This document shows, in pieces, positions 11,554 to 22,885 of a stretch of DNA of 64,000 nt (positions are counted from its first letter, which is position 1; every line of letters begins with the position of its first letter). The position numbers and the translations under genes are program-made. The notes below the pieces were generated by a model. That model saw only the letters and a list, made by a program, of their open reading frames with translations, was not told the DNA's origin and made no database searches. Source of the stretch: Histomonas meleagridis 2922-C6/04-290x. Taxonomy: Eukaryota; Protista; Parabasalia. Where the stretch lies: positions 1-64,000 of the forward strand of contig JAANOX010000205.1 in NCBI GenBank assembly GCA_020184695.1. Reading direction: 5' to 3'.

Positions 11554-11900
11554 TCAGCAGCATTGCTTTTTCTCACCTTGGTAATTTTTCACATCATTTA
11601 CTTCGACAAATTCAGTCGTTTCGGGTTCATAACTTAATCCGTCAAGTTCAACAACTTTACGGAACATCTCGACAATGTTCTCACCTGTCTTTGCTGATGT
11701 TTCGATATAAAATTTGGCTGATTTTCTTGGCAAAGTCATTAATTTCATCCATATCACATTGATATCCTTCTTCAGGAAGATCTTTTTTATTCCTGACAAG
11801 AATAAGTTCCATGTCTTCTGTTCGATTAATGAATAAAATTGAGATAATGCATCAAATGTTGATTTTCTTGTGATTTTTGTTAATTAACAAAGTGATTTTT
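11554..11900 (-). pseudogene. Rab-like small GTPase pseudogene (3' part)
   Basis: YIETSAKTGENIVEMF (G5) and a C-terminal CC; upstream ITRKSTFDALSQFY is in another frame; no intact G1/G3. Confidence 0.7.
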
Positions 11901-12542
11901 GCTTGGTTTCATTTCATGTATTTCATGAAATTTTGCTAACTTGGTACAAATAGTTAGCTCCCTAAAATTTTAAGGATAAATAATCTTATGGAAAAGATGA
12001 TTTTGGAAGGAGCAAAGGTTTCCATACTTCAATATTTAGATATAGTAACAATAAGTCATTTTTACTGATATAATAGTTTTGTACATGAAATGTCAGATCT
12101 AATTCACCATGTCCAAGAAGATGTGGAAAAAGAAAATATTTGTTAGCATTATAAAAGTTTAATATTATAATATAGAAATAAAATTAATCACTATATATAC
12201 ATTATGTCAATCGAATTACAACAAATTCATTCTTTCCAAAGCCAATTAATTGAAACAAATTCTCTCATAATATTTCTATTTATACATCATATTATTAAAG
12301 TTTTATATACAATTAAAATTGTTACCCAATTTCCTTAAAACATTATAGCAAATCATCATCGAAACAAGTGCTTTGTATTCATTAAAGAAATCGGACAAAT
12401 GAATTTTCATTTGTTTGAAACCGAATTATCAAATGAACATGATAATTATATTACTTCAAAAATTCTTCTTTATCAAACAATTCACAAGAATTTATCAATA
12501 GTGATTTTACTTGTATTTTTCTACACTTAATATTTATATCAA

Positions 12543-13325
12543 CTACCATATAGTTGCATCAAATAATGAATTTGGTTGGAAGAATCCAAAAGAATTTGAC
12601 AGTGATGGCGTTTGTTCAGTTAGATGAATAGCCACCTCTTGTTGCCCCACATTTTCCTGTTGAGGTGTCATCGAAGTATTATTTTGATTTGATTCTAATC
12701 TTTGTTCTTTGCCGATTATCCATTGGTTACCATTTGTACAACTTGATAATTCCTTTTGAAGTTGTTGATACCTATATCTGCATTGAACGTCACTTCTTGT
12801 TCCCATTTGATTTGCGACTTTCATCCAGTTTTTCTCGCCGAATATTTTAACATATTGTAACAATATTGAGTCTTCTTCGATTGTCCATGCTAATTTCGAT
12901 ATTTTCGGGTCAAGAACACGTAACCATCGCTGAGAGCATTGTGATCTAAGTCTGCCATTCCCTACAAAAGGCGCAACTTCATTCCAATTATCAGATCCAT
13001 ATAAACAAACCCCCATATAAAGTCTATTATCTTCATTAAAATTCCATGTTCGTGTTTTCTTTCTAACCATATTTTGTTCTTGTTCATCTGGCTTTGGTAA
13101 AGGTGGTTGAAATTCTGTGTCTAATATATCTGAAATTCTTGTGAATGGATCTTCTGATCTACATATTGATAAAATAACTTTCTTAGCATGATCACGTGTA
13201 ATTCTTTTCGTTATCATTTGAAGAAAGGCAGACCTAAGTTCTGATAGTTCTTGTTCCGTATAATTTGTTTGTGAATCAGCTACAAACCCCATTGCTACAT
13301 CTGTTAAAACATGAGCTCCTCTCAT
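12543..13325 (-). CDS. R2R3 Myb-like DNA-binding protein
   Basis: Two Myb repeats (TWNFNEDNRL...WNEVA...QCSQRW; WTIEEDSILL...WMKVA..RSDVQCRYRY); ATG at 13325 follows a TCATTTT initiator. Confidence 0.9.
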   Translation of the reverse strand: MRGAHVLTDVAMGFVADSQTNYTEQELSELRSAFLQMITKRITRDHAKKVILSICRSEDPFTRISDILDTEFQPPLPKPDEQEQNMVRKKTRTWNFNEDNRLYMGVCLYGSDNWNEVAPFVGNGRLRSQCSQRWLRVLDPKISKLAWTIEEDSILLQYVKIFGEKNWMKVANQMGTRSDVQCRYRYQQLQKELSSCTNGNQWIIGKEQRLESNQNNTSMTPQQENVGQQEVAIHLTEQTPSLSNSFGFFQPNSLFDATIW

Positions 13326-14505
13326 CAAAAAATGAATATTGTATAGGTGTGAAATTTTGTGATGAATTTTAAAGTAAAGCACTTTTAAGTTTTATTTAAT
13401 AACAGAAAACTTTTACTTATTGAATTTTAATTATTTTAAATCAATTCAATTATTATATTCTATGCATTGCTTTCAATATCTAAATCAACTTGAATTTCCG
13501 ATTGTATCTTTAAAGGTGATTTAACTAACCAGATTTAAATCATCTCCAAAATGTGTCAAGATGTAACAAATTGTAAGTTGTTTTTGTCATTTAAACATAT
13601 CTTTTACAACTATAAAATAATTCAACTAAAATAAAAAACTTAAGTGATAAAAAAATATTTTCTTTGTTTTAGTTTTACAATTTTGAATCAAAAGTTTCCA
13701 AAAATAAAAATATTTGTATCACATTTAAAACTACTACTTGTACATGTATAGAAAATAATTATACATTTTTTAATAAAACATTTATATATTTTTTTCTTAA
13801 TTCTTCTAAAATAATTTTATTTTTATAAATTTAATTGAAGATATCATTTCTCTTCAATTAATACTTTTGCGTAAATAAATGATATCATTTTTACCTCCAG
13901 ATTTCATTTTGATATTCCTAATTATACATTATTTTTGTTTTGAAGTTATAAGAGATTTTAAGTTAGATATAAAAATACACTTTTCAAACAAATAATATCT
14001 TTGAACCAAAAAGAAAAATGGGCAATATTATTTTTTAAATATATATATATAAAATGAAAATTTTTATTCAGATTACCAACCCCCTGAGATTCAGATAAAA
14101 AATTTGTTCTCATATTTTTCGATTATGAAGACCTAAACAAAAATTTTTGGCAATGTAATTTATTTATGATGTGCTTAGAGCATTGTTGCATAGCAAAATT
14201 TTATATAATTCAGAATAAATCTATAATAAAATTTAAGGTTTTGTTTAAATTCAAAAATTATACAATTTTTTAATTTTAAGTGAAATTGATTATCTATCAT
14301 AAAAAAATTAAAATTAAAATAATTTAGTATTTAACAACGAGCATTAAAAGTTATAAATATTTTTTGGGTGAACAAATTAAAATTATAAATGTGTATTGAT
14401 TTATTAACAATATTTTTTCGGCGGTGACCGTTTACAAATCATTTGTTTAATCGTTTTTCATTCAATTTACTGGAGTGCAACCTTAAAAAGTGATTCACTT
14501 TTTGG

Positions 14506-17499
14506 ATGGAAAACCAAAATTCAAAAATAGAATGGGAGACTCTTTTATCAATTAGTCAAATATTTCATGGTTTAAATAAAGATAATATTATTCAATCATC
14601 AAATTTAATAATTAATAAATTCGACGATATTTATCCATTGTCTTTTAATATAATTATTAGCCAAATAGTGTATTCATTATTTGTTTCAAGAATGAATTCT
14701 TCTGGTATATATTTAAGTTTATTAAACGAAATAGAAAAATTTGAGGAAAATAAAAATATCAATTCCAAGATTATTGATGTGTTCTTACATTTTCTTCAGA
14801 GCAAAAATACACAAAGATCATATTATATTATTGAAGATATGATTGAAAACAATTTAATCGAGCCAAAAATGATTAAAACTATAAATTATCCATTGTTTGC
14901 ACATTATATATCATATAAAGAAATTGAAAATTCAAGATACTATCATTTTTCTAAAAAAATCATTAATAATTATGACGAACTATCAAAGAATAATTGGGAA
15001 CTTCATAAGAAGTTAATTAAAGAAGGAGTTAATCAGAATGAAATCTCGAAAATAATTCGAAATGATGAAATAGAAAAACTTCAGGAAATATCATCGCAAT
15101 CAAATTTTGATTTTAATCAAACAATTAAACCATCACTTTATGAAAGATATTCATTTATTAACAATTGGAATGTTACATTAATTGATTATGCAGCATTTTT
15201 TGGATCAATTAAATGTTTTAAATATTTACTTATGAATGGTTCTGACATAGGAAAGACTGGTAAATATGCAATTGCATGTGGAAATGAAGAAATCATTCAT
15301 TTATGTGAACAAAATCATTCAATTTAAAAAGGCGTATGAAACTGCTATTGAATTCCATAAAAATGATGTCTTTAAATATCTTTATGAAAATAAAATTATA
15401 CAATTTAATAATTTAGAAGAATTAGGAAAGAAATGTGTTTTATATCATAACTATGAAATTTTATCGTATTTGCTTGATGAAGGAATGAAAATTAATGATG
15501 ATATCATCAACGAATCAGCAAGAATTGGTAATTTATATCTTGTAAAGCATTTTCTTCATGATCATCAAATTTCAAATAATATTTTAGTTTTTTCTTCGGA
15601 ATCAGAAAATATCGAACTTGTTAATTTACTCCTTAATTACAAAGGAATAGATATTAATGCTAAAGATATTCGTTCGTTTTATTTGATGTTTTTTTTAATA
15701 ATTTAAAATCTCATAAAAATATTTGGTAATTATTTAAATTATATGAAACAGCACTTATGTATGCATCTTCAAGAGGTTATGCAAAAATAGTTCAATTGCT
15801 TCTTGAACAGGAAGGAATTGATATTAATGCAAAAGATATTTAAATGTTTTATTCAATATTTATTTTAATAATTTGATATTTCAATATAATATTTGAAAAT
15901 AATTTAAATTATTTCAAACAGCACTTATTTCAGCATCTTATAATGGTCATACAGAAATAGTTAAATTACTTCTTGAACAAGAAGGAATTGATATTAATGT
16001 TAAAGATATTTAAATGTTTTATTCAATATTTATGATAATAATTTTTTATTTCAAAATAATATTTGGAAACCATCCAAATTATTTTGGACAGCACTTATGC
16101 AGGCATTTAAATACGGCAATATAGAAACAGGTAAAATACTTATTCAAGAAGGAATTGATATTAATACCAAAAATATTTTTTTGTTTTATTTAAAATTTAT
16201 TTTAATAATTTTATATTTTAAAATAATATTTGGAAATTATTTATATTATATGAAACAGCACTTATGATTGCATCTTATAATGGTCATACAGAAATCGTTA
16301 AATTACTTCTTGAACAGGAAGGAATTGATATTAATGCTAAAAATATTTATTTGTTTTATTTAAGATTTATTTTAATAATTTTATAATTCAAAATAATATT
16401 TGGAAATTATTTAAATTATTTTATACAGCATTTATGCAAGCATATGAAAAAAGTAATATGGATATATCCAAATTACTTCTTGAACAGAAAGGAATTGATG
16501 TAGGTGGTCGAAATATTTATATGTTTTATTAATGATTTGTTTTGATAATATAATATTGCAAAATAACATCTGGAAATTACTTAAAATATTTCAAACAGCT
16601 CTTATATTGGCATCTAACAGAAATGATATAGAAACTTTCAAAATCCTTCTTAAACAAGAAGATATTGATATTAATGCTAAAGATATTTATTTGTTCTATT
16701 TTATATGTATTTCTCAAAATAATAATTGGAGATTATTTTAGTTACTTAGAACAGCACTTATGTATGCATCTAAAAAAGGCCACATAAAAATAGTGAAATT
16801 ACTTCTTGAACAAGAAGGAATTGATATTAACGCTAAAGATGTTTATTTGGTTTATTTAATATTTATTTTAATAATTTGGTATTTCAAAATAATAATTGGA
16901 GATTATTGAAAATATTTTATTCAGCACTTATTTTAGCATCTGCAAATGGCTATACAGAAATAGTTAAATTCCTTCTTGAGCGCAAGGGAATTGATATTAA
17001 TATTAAAGATAATCATACTTTTTATTTGAAATTTATATTAACAATTTGATATTTCAAAACAATATTTGGAAATTATTTAAATTATTTTATTCAGCACTTA
17101 TGGTGGCATCTTGTAATGGTTATATTGAAGTAGTTAAAATTCTACTTGAACATAAAGGAATTGATATTAATGCTAAAAATATCAATTTGTTTTATTTAGT
17201 ATTTATTTTAATTATTTAATATTTCAAAATAACATTTGAAATTTTTATAAATTATTTGAAACAACACTTATGCTTGTAGCAAAGAAAGGATCTATAGAAA
17301 TTGTGAAGTTACTTCTTGAACAAAAAGGAATTGATATTAATGCCAAAGATTTTGATTTAATCTTTTTAAAAATTATTTCAATAATTTTTTATATTAATAT
17401 AATATTTGAGAATTATTTAAATTTCTTCAAACAGCACTTATGATTGCTTCTAAATTTGGACATACTAAAGTAACAGAACTATTTCCTGATGACGAATAA
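14506..17499 (+). CDS. DUF3447-type ankyrin-repeat protein C, with eleven interrupted ankyrin junctions and one frameshift near 15320
   Basis: TCACTTTT initiator before the ATG. ORFs 14506-15327 and 15266-15706 are joined by an indel. Eleven units follow with stop-free ankyrin segments, ending FPDDE-TAA. Confidence 0.8.
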
Positions 17500-17602
17500 T
17501 ACCTTACTACAAGAACAAAAAAAAGTAATACATAAAGCATTCCAAAAAGAAAATAATAATTTGTCAGTTCAATGAAGTAAAATGTACGTTTAGGAAATCA
17601 AC

Positions 17603-18298
17603 ATGCTTGAAACTCATACACAACTTCAAGATTGTCTAAAAGAGTTAAATAACATGAAATTAGAACATGTTAAAAAACTTTCTAAGCAAAAATTAAGGCA
17701 TATTTCAGAGGAGCAATCTCTAAGAAATTCATACAATCTTGAATATAAAAACACAATAAGGGAAATGCTAATAAAGCATTTGGGAAATGATTTGGCTAGT
17801 GAAGATTTACAATCTATTTTTGAACAAGCACTAATTGATGAACGATTTAAATTGGAAAAAGAATACATTGAGCTTGAAAGAAGATACGAAGAAAAACGAA
17901 TTCATGCCCTTTCAGAAACCATACATACTTGCTCTGACCAAACTAATATATCTGATATGATCCCAGCAAAAAAATTAGCTTTAATAATATTCAACAAAAT
18001 ACAATCAAACAAAAATCCAAAGCAAATCCCAAATGAATGTATTATTAAAGGTAATAATAAGAAACATAATACAAAACCTGATAGAAAAATTATTTCGGAA
18101 AACATTGAGGAAAAACTTCCAAAATCAGAAAGAAAACAAAACCATAAGCAAACAAGAAAGAAGAAAATTCCATCCACAATTAAAAAGCACATACAAGCAC
18201 GAACTCGACTTCAAAAATCAGTTTTTGAAACAGAAGAATTTGTACATCAGTTGAAGAAGCAACTGGTTTATGAATGTTCTTCTTCTTGTTTTGAGTGA
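17603..18298 (+). CDS. Hypothetical coiled-coil/basic protein
   Basis: 231-aa ATG ORF in AT-rich DNA; Glu/Lys-rich helical pattern; no family recognised. Confidence 0.55.
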   Translation: MLETHTQLQDCLKELNNMKLEHVKKLSKQKLRHISEEQSLRNSYNLEYKNTIREMLIKHLGNDLASEDLQSIFEQALIDERFKLEKEYIELERRYEEKRIHALSETIHTCSDQTNISDMIPAKKLALIIFNKIQSNKNPKQIPNECIIKGNNKKHNTKPDRKIISENIEEKLPKSERKQNHKQTRKKKIPSTIKKHIQARTRLQKSVFETEEFVHQLKKQLVYECSSSCFE

Positions 18299-18529
18299 CC
18301 ATTAACAATTCAATCAACGGATATATTAAAACGTTGTAAATAAGTCTTCAAAATAAAGAAAAAAGAAAAGACGATTTTTATTATCTTTTTTATTACTAAA
18401 ACATTCTGTTCTAATTCATATGTTATTCTTGTAATGAATTCATTTGTCACTCCATAAACAAAACCGTAAATTTTACGGTTATTATTTGATGTTGTACATC
18501 AAAACCTTAACAAAAAACTTAAAAATTTT

Positions 18530-20944
18530 TTATGTAGAGCTATAATACATGGCCCTGTTCGGATCATCTGCCATTACATATCCTTCGTTTTGTCTTCTGC
18601 ACATCATTGCTCTAAATGTGGTCAGAATCGCATCACCAACACTACTCCAAAACTCTTCATTAGGTAATGCTATTGTACCCTTTAATATAAATCCTAATAA
18701 AGTACCAACAGATAAATATAATACAAATATTAAAAATACAATTAACAAAAATACTGATCCACCACTTACCTTAACTTTATCTGTGGGTTTTGGTGCAATC
18801 GTAGGTGAAGATGTATATGTCGCAGTATATGTTATAGTATGACTCTTAGTAGATGTTCCTGAACTTGTTGTTGGTGTTGGTGTTGATTCAGATGTTGATG
18901 CAGATGTTGAAGGATTTACTTTAGGACATGCAAATGATGCACGAGCATCGACATGGAATGAGCCACTATCACTTAAATAGATTTCATCATCAAGAATTAG
19001 ACTAGTAGCAGTATCATCACAATTAATAGTAAATTGGGTTCGATAATTAGAATATCCTTCAATTAGATACGTAGTAGAATCGATGAATTCTGTTGAAAAC
19101 AAATCGATATTATATTGATGATTAGCTATTGGGTAACAATGCTCCATAAAACAAATCCATGCATCTGCCGTATCACTGATTTCACAGATACTTGTTGGAC
19201 AGCGTTTTGGATAAAATGGGTAATAACTGAAAATGCCTTGAATTGACTTGGTTCCGCTTCTAATTGTTACGTTGTACTCATTGTTTGCTCCTTCGAACAT
19301 ATCACGCATGTCAAACTCTACATATTGACCATTCTTCTCTCTATGTATAATATATCCTGGTGCTGGTGCTGGTGATGGCATTACTGTTGGCACTGGTGTT
19401 GGTGGATACCAAGGAGGCTCTCCTACGCATAATTCATTTGCATATGCAGTAATCTCCAAATTTGACCAATTGATAAGATTGACGTTTTTGTTAATTCGTA
19501 AGTTTTGCTTTGGTTGTAACCAGTCGCAAGTTATAATCAAATCTGAACTTAGCTTATGTCGTCCAGATTCACTTATATAATGGATTTTAATACCATTTTC
19601 AATTCCATCATTTGTCAGAACTGTAATTTTTTCTGCGAAGTCTCCATATGGATCACAGTCACTTGGTTGTCCTCCATCGACTGCACATAGCCACACAGTA
19701 GCACCATTTGGATCATCGCATGTGGCCCCGGGGCAGTTCAAACCGCCGCATGGTTGTAAGAACAAATTGTGTTCAGAACCGGTTGCGCTTGGATTGAGTT
19801 TTATGTTACGATAGATACCGTTTAATTTGTTGAAAGTTCTGATGTCAATTGTTTTTTGTTCGCCTCCATAAGGGAATGTTGCAGAACATTCTGCTGGATT
19901 AGGTGTTGGCGATGGCTGCATACATAAGTCAGGTGATGTAGCAACGATGTAACCTTCTCCGTTTTTATCAACTTCGAATTTGCTAATATGGATCATACTG
20001 CTGGTTGTAGTTTCAGGATGAAGTTCAAAATCACAAGTGACGTGCATGTTAGAAGCAATGCTTTGACCACTTTCAGTTATATGAGGATCATATGATACGA
20101 TAATTCCTTCATCAGTATTATCGGTACGTTCTGCAATGCCAATGTGTTTACGTGCACTTCCAAATGATTTACATGTGTCATCGCTGGTACATATCCAAAT
20201 TGAAGCATCTGTAGAATCACATGTTTTACCTGGTGGACAATTACTGATGCCGCAAGGGTTAACAAGAACAAATGATGAAGAGTTCACTTGGTGAGGAATT
20301 CCATATGGTATTGCATATTTGAATTTGCTGAGATCGATATCAACTGCATATGGATAAACAACTTGTGAATTTGCAGAATACGTACAGTCGCTTTCGACTG
20401 TCGGATCTGGGTCAGGAATATTGCCTCTTCCTGTTGAACATCCATATTTGTTGGAATATTGAACCGAGATTGTCAACACGCCGTTGTTGTCAGTGGTGGT
20501 AACTGATTCGACGTTGAAATCTGTTTTTGTTGCATCGCATTTAACGACATGAACTAATTCGAATATGTTGAAGTCTTCATCTTCATTGTAATTTTGTGCT
20601 TTTTGAACCATTGTAATACCATCGTCTGGGTGTGTCTCTGAAGTTACGAAGTCATAATCTTGTGTTGAATAATATGAAATTACTTCACATTCGGAAGGAT
20701 TTGAAATTTTGCAACGAAAGCCTGAGACACCATATTGATATTCGAGTTCTTGAGGAAATGATTCTTGTGGGAGTTCTCCGCAAAGTTTAAATGTGTATTT
20801 GTAATCATTTAAGTTATCATTATAAATGATTGGATCTAATTGAGTTGAATCACTGAGATCGTATAAATAGCTGTAGAGATTGGCTCCGCAAGCATACCGT
20901 TCCTTGAGGCCTTGAATCTCCAGAAATAGAACGGCTAGAAACAT
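18530..20944 (-). CDS. Type I membrane protein with multiple mannose-6-phosphate-receptor-homology (MRH/ATG27-like) domains
   Basis: Signal-like MFLAVLFL, about four Cys-patterned repeats (FKLCG, LVNPCG, FLQPCG, YYPFYPKRC), a Ser/Thr stalk, GGSVFLLIVFL TM and an ATG27-like LPNEEFW tail. Confidence 0.75.
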   Translation of the reverse strand: MFLAVLFLEIQGLKERYACGANLYSYLYDLSDSTQLDPIIYNDNLNDYKYTFKLCGELPQESFPQELEYQYGVSGFRCKISNPSECEVISYYSTQDYDFVTSETHPDDGITMVQKAQNYNEDEDFNIFELVHVVKCDATKTDFNVESVTTTDNNGVLTISVQYSNKYGCSTGRGNIPDPDPTVESDCTYSANSQVVYPYAVDIDLSKFKYAIPYGIPHQVNSSSFVLVNPCGISNCPPGKTCDSTDASIWICTSDDTCKSFGSARKHIGIAERTDNTDEGIIVSYDPHITESGQSIASNMHVTCDFELHPETTTSSMIHISKFEVDKNGEGYIVATSPDLCMQPSPTPNPAECSATFPYGGEQKTIDIRTFNKLNGIYRNIKLNPSATGSEHNLFLQPCGGLNCPGATCDDPNGATVWLCAVDGGQPSDCDPYGDFAEKITVLTNDGIENGIKIHYISESGRHKLSSDLIITCDWLQPKQNLRINKNVNLINWSNLEITAYANELCVGEPPWYPPTPVPTVMPSPAPAPGYIIHREKNGQYVEFDMRDMFEGANNEYNVTIRSGTKSIQGIFSYYPFYPKRCPTSICEISDTADAWICFMEHCYPIANHQYNIDLFSTEFIDSTTYLIEGYSNYRTQFTINCDDTATSLILDDEIYLSDSGSFHVDARASFACPKVNPSTSASTSESTPTPTTSSGTSTKSHTITYTATYTSSPTIAPKPTDKVKVSGGSVFLLIVFLIFVLYLSVGTLLGFILKGTIALPNEEFWSSVGDAILTTFRAMMCRRQNEGYVMADDPNRAMYYSST

Positions 20945-21168
20945 CTGACAGAAAAGTGCCGGACGATAGAGAGCTGTTTTTTGAATTCTATCAACGAAAT
21001 TTTGACCACACAAATTTGAATGTAACATTCATCGGTCATCGATTAACTGTTAAAAAAAATATGATAAAAATAATCTTTTTATAACAAAGGTTTGGGTTTT
21101 GGGTTTTGTGATTTTGTGTTTTGCGCACTTTTGTATTTCGGTGATTGACTTTGTAAATAATTGAAAAT

Positions 21169-21642
21169 CTATTTTGTGAATTGCATTTGATTAAAGCCAA
21201 ACTCAAATATCTTCGGCTGGAGTGTCGTCCAATTGTTACTGAACCATTGAAGGAGCAATGATTTGCTTCTTTTGGTTTCACGCTCAAGTCGAAGTCCTGT
21301 TTTCCCAGATAACTGTGTGGCAAGAGCTTGAAGTTCTGTCTGCTTAAGTTTTCTCTTGAATATCTTTTCCAGTTCGCCAACAATTGGATATTTGTAAGGA
21401 TCTCCATCATGACGTTTTTCTTGACTAACAATATGTGGCATTTGTCCAGCAGGGATAAAAGAATCGGCCTCTTCTAATATATCATTGAAATACCGAGGTG
21501 CTCTTTCATAGGCTTTCATTGCATTAACAAGTGATTGAAAATTAGCAATAGCAACTTCAAGTCGGCTTTGATCAGTTTTACATACTTCGATGATTTCACG
21601 AATATATTGAGCAATTCGCGAGTGTTGAGTTGATTCAGACAT
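21169..21642 (-). CDS. Hypothetical protein with a C-terminal LxRxxKRxKxxLLxWFxxNW motif
   Basis: Clean ORF with coding-like composition; helical basic C-terminal motif; function unknown. Confidence 0.7.
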   Translation of the reverse strand: MSESTQHSRIAQYIREIIEVCKTDQSRLEVAIANFQSLVNAMKAYERAPRYFNDILEEADSFIPAGQMPHIVSQEKRHDGDPYKYPIVGELEKIFKRKLKQTELQALATQLSGKTGLRLERETKRSKSLLLQWFSNNWTTLQPKIFEFGFNQMQFTK

Positions 21643-21746
21643 TTTTTGTATATTCAATGCTTTTTGATCGTTATTGTCTGATTAACGGATCTAAAAATTT
21701 ACCAAAAAAATTGTGGGTTACTTTGCGTAACATTCTTCATTCGCCT

Positions 21747-22407
21747 TTACTTAAGAAGGTCAATGATACTTCGGAGAGGTTCGAGTTGATTATCAGGAAT
21801 TAGTTGGAATTCATTTGTATAGTACATGAAATGCCTAAACGATGAATTCAAATTCTCCTCAATGCCACACGCAATTACATCTTCACGGTGATGGTGGTAA
21901 AGGTGGGCATAAATTCTGAAAAGTCTCTTGAATATATTTTGTACAGTCTTAAGGAAATCCTTTGGGAATGGAGCATTCGGATCGGATGGGAAGATCCTTT
22001 CATCATTTAGAAGGCCTTCAACCCAAATCATCACTTTTGTGATATATTCGCTAGCTGGAAGACTTGTTGGTTTTTTGTACTTTTCATTGTCTTGCCAGTA
22101 ATATTTGAAGCCTGGGCCTGCTGTCATTTCAGGGCACTTCTCTGGAGTACAATATCCAATTACTGGAGCAACAAGACAATTCAGTTCGTTGAAAAAATCA
22201 ACAACACTCACTGCAAGCCAGTCATCTAAATTTTCTCCTGCGGGAAGTTTGACAGCGCCACGAATATCTCCGGCTCCTAATGTTGCATGTGAGATTTCTT
22301 GGAGCTTATATGCTCTATGATGTTTCGATACTTTCTTTATTGGCCTAAATGTTCCTTTATCTTTCCGACTAAGTATTAGAAAAGTAAACAAACAAGAAAG
22401 AAAACAT
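21747..22407 (-). CDS. MOB1: MOB1 kinase activator (two exons: 22407-22394 and 22368-21747)
   Basis: LPAGENLDDWLAV, CPEMTAGP..KYYWQD, FKRLFRIYAHLY motifs; splicing the 25-nt intron gives MFSFFRKDKGTFRPIKK. Confidence 0.93.
22369..22393 (-). other. 25-nt spliceosomal intron
   Basis: GTTTGTTTACTTTTCTAATACTTAG: GT-AG ends, with a CTAAT branch point fused to the 3' site; removal supplies the missing in-frame ATG. Confidence 0.85.
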
Positions 22408-22885
22408 TGGAAATTATTTTTGGTTTAAATGGAAGAAAATAACGGTTTTGTTTCAATTTTGAAAAGATAAAAAACTTAAACTGTTTTTTTGCAAAAAATA
22501 ATTGATTTATCACTCAGCAAAGGGAAAAAATCTTTAAAAATCAAGTGGCTTCGCTCTAATTAATTTTCTAATTGTATGTTTCAAAATATTTATAAGATGT
22601 TATAATTTTTTATATAATCAAATTGTTATTTTAAAAGAAAACACTAAAGTATTTAATTAGTAAATCTTGTGTTCGATTATGCATCCTTATCTGAGAAAAA
22701 TTAAAACTTGATATTCTTTATACATGTAAACTTGAAGAATCACATTTCAATAACAAACTAAAAAAATCAAAAAAATAAGAAATAAGATTTTCTGATATGT
22801 TTGCCACGTAATATTACGTTTACTAAACATTCGTTTTTATGATGTCTCATTTATTAATAATTACTGAAATGATAATTTTGTATTT

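Noticed and set aside
5989-17499. Ankyrin interruptions as sequencing errors
   Set aside because: The same 68 extra nt recur at the same position in most of 27 junctions on both strands, with diverged sequences.
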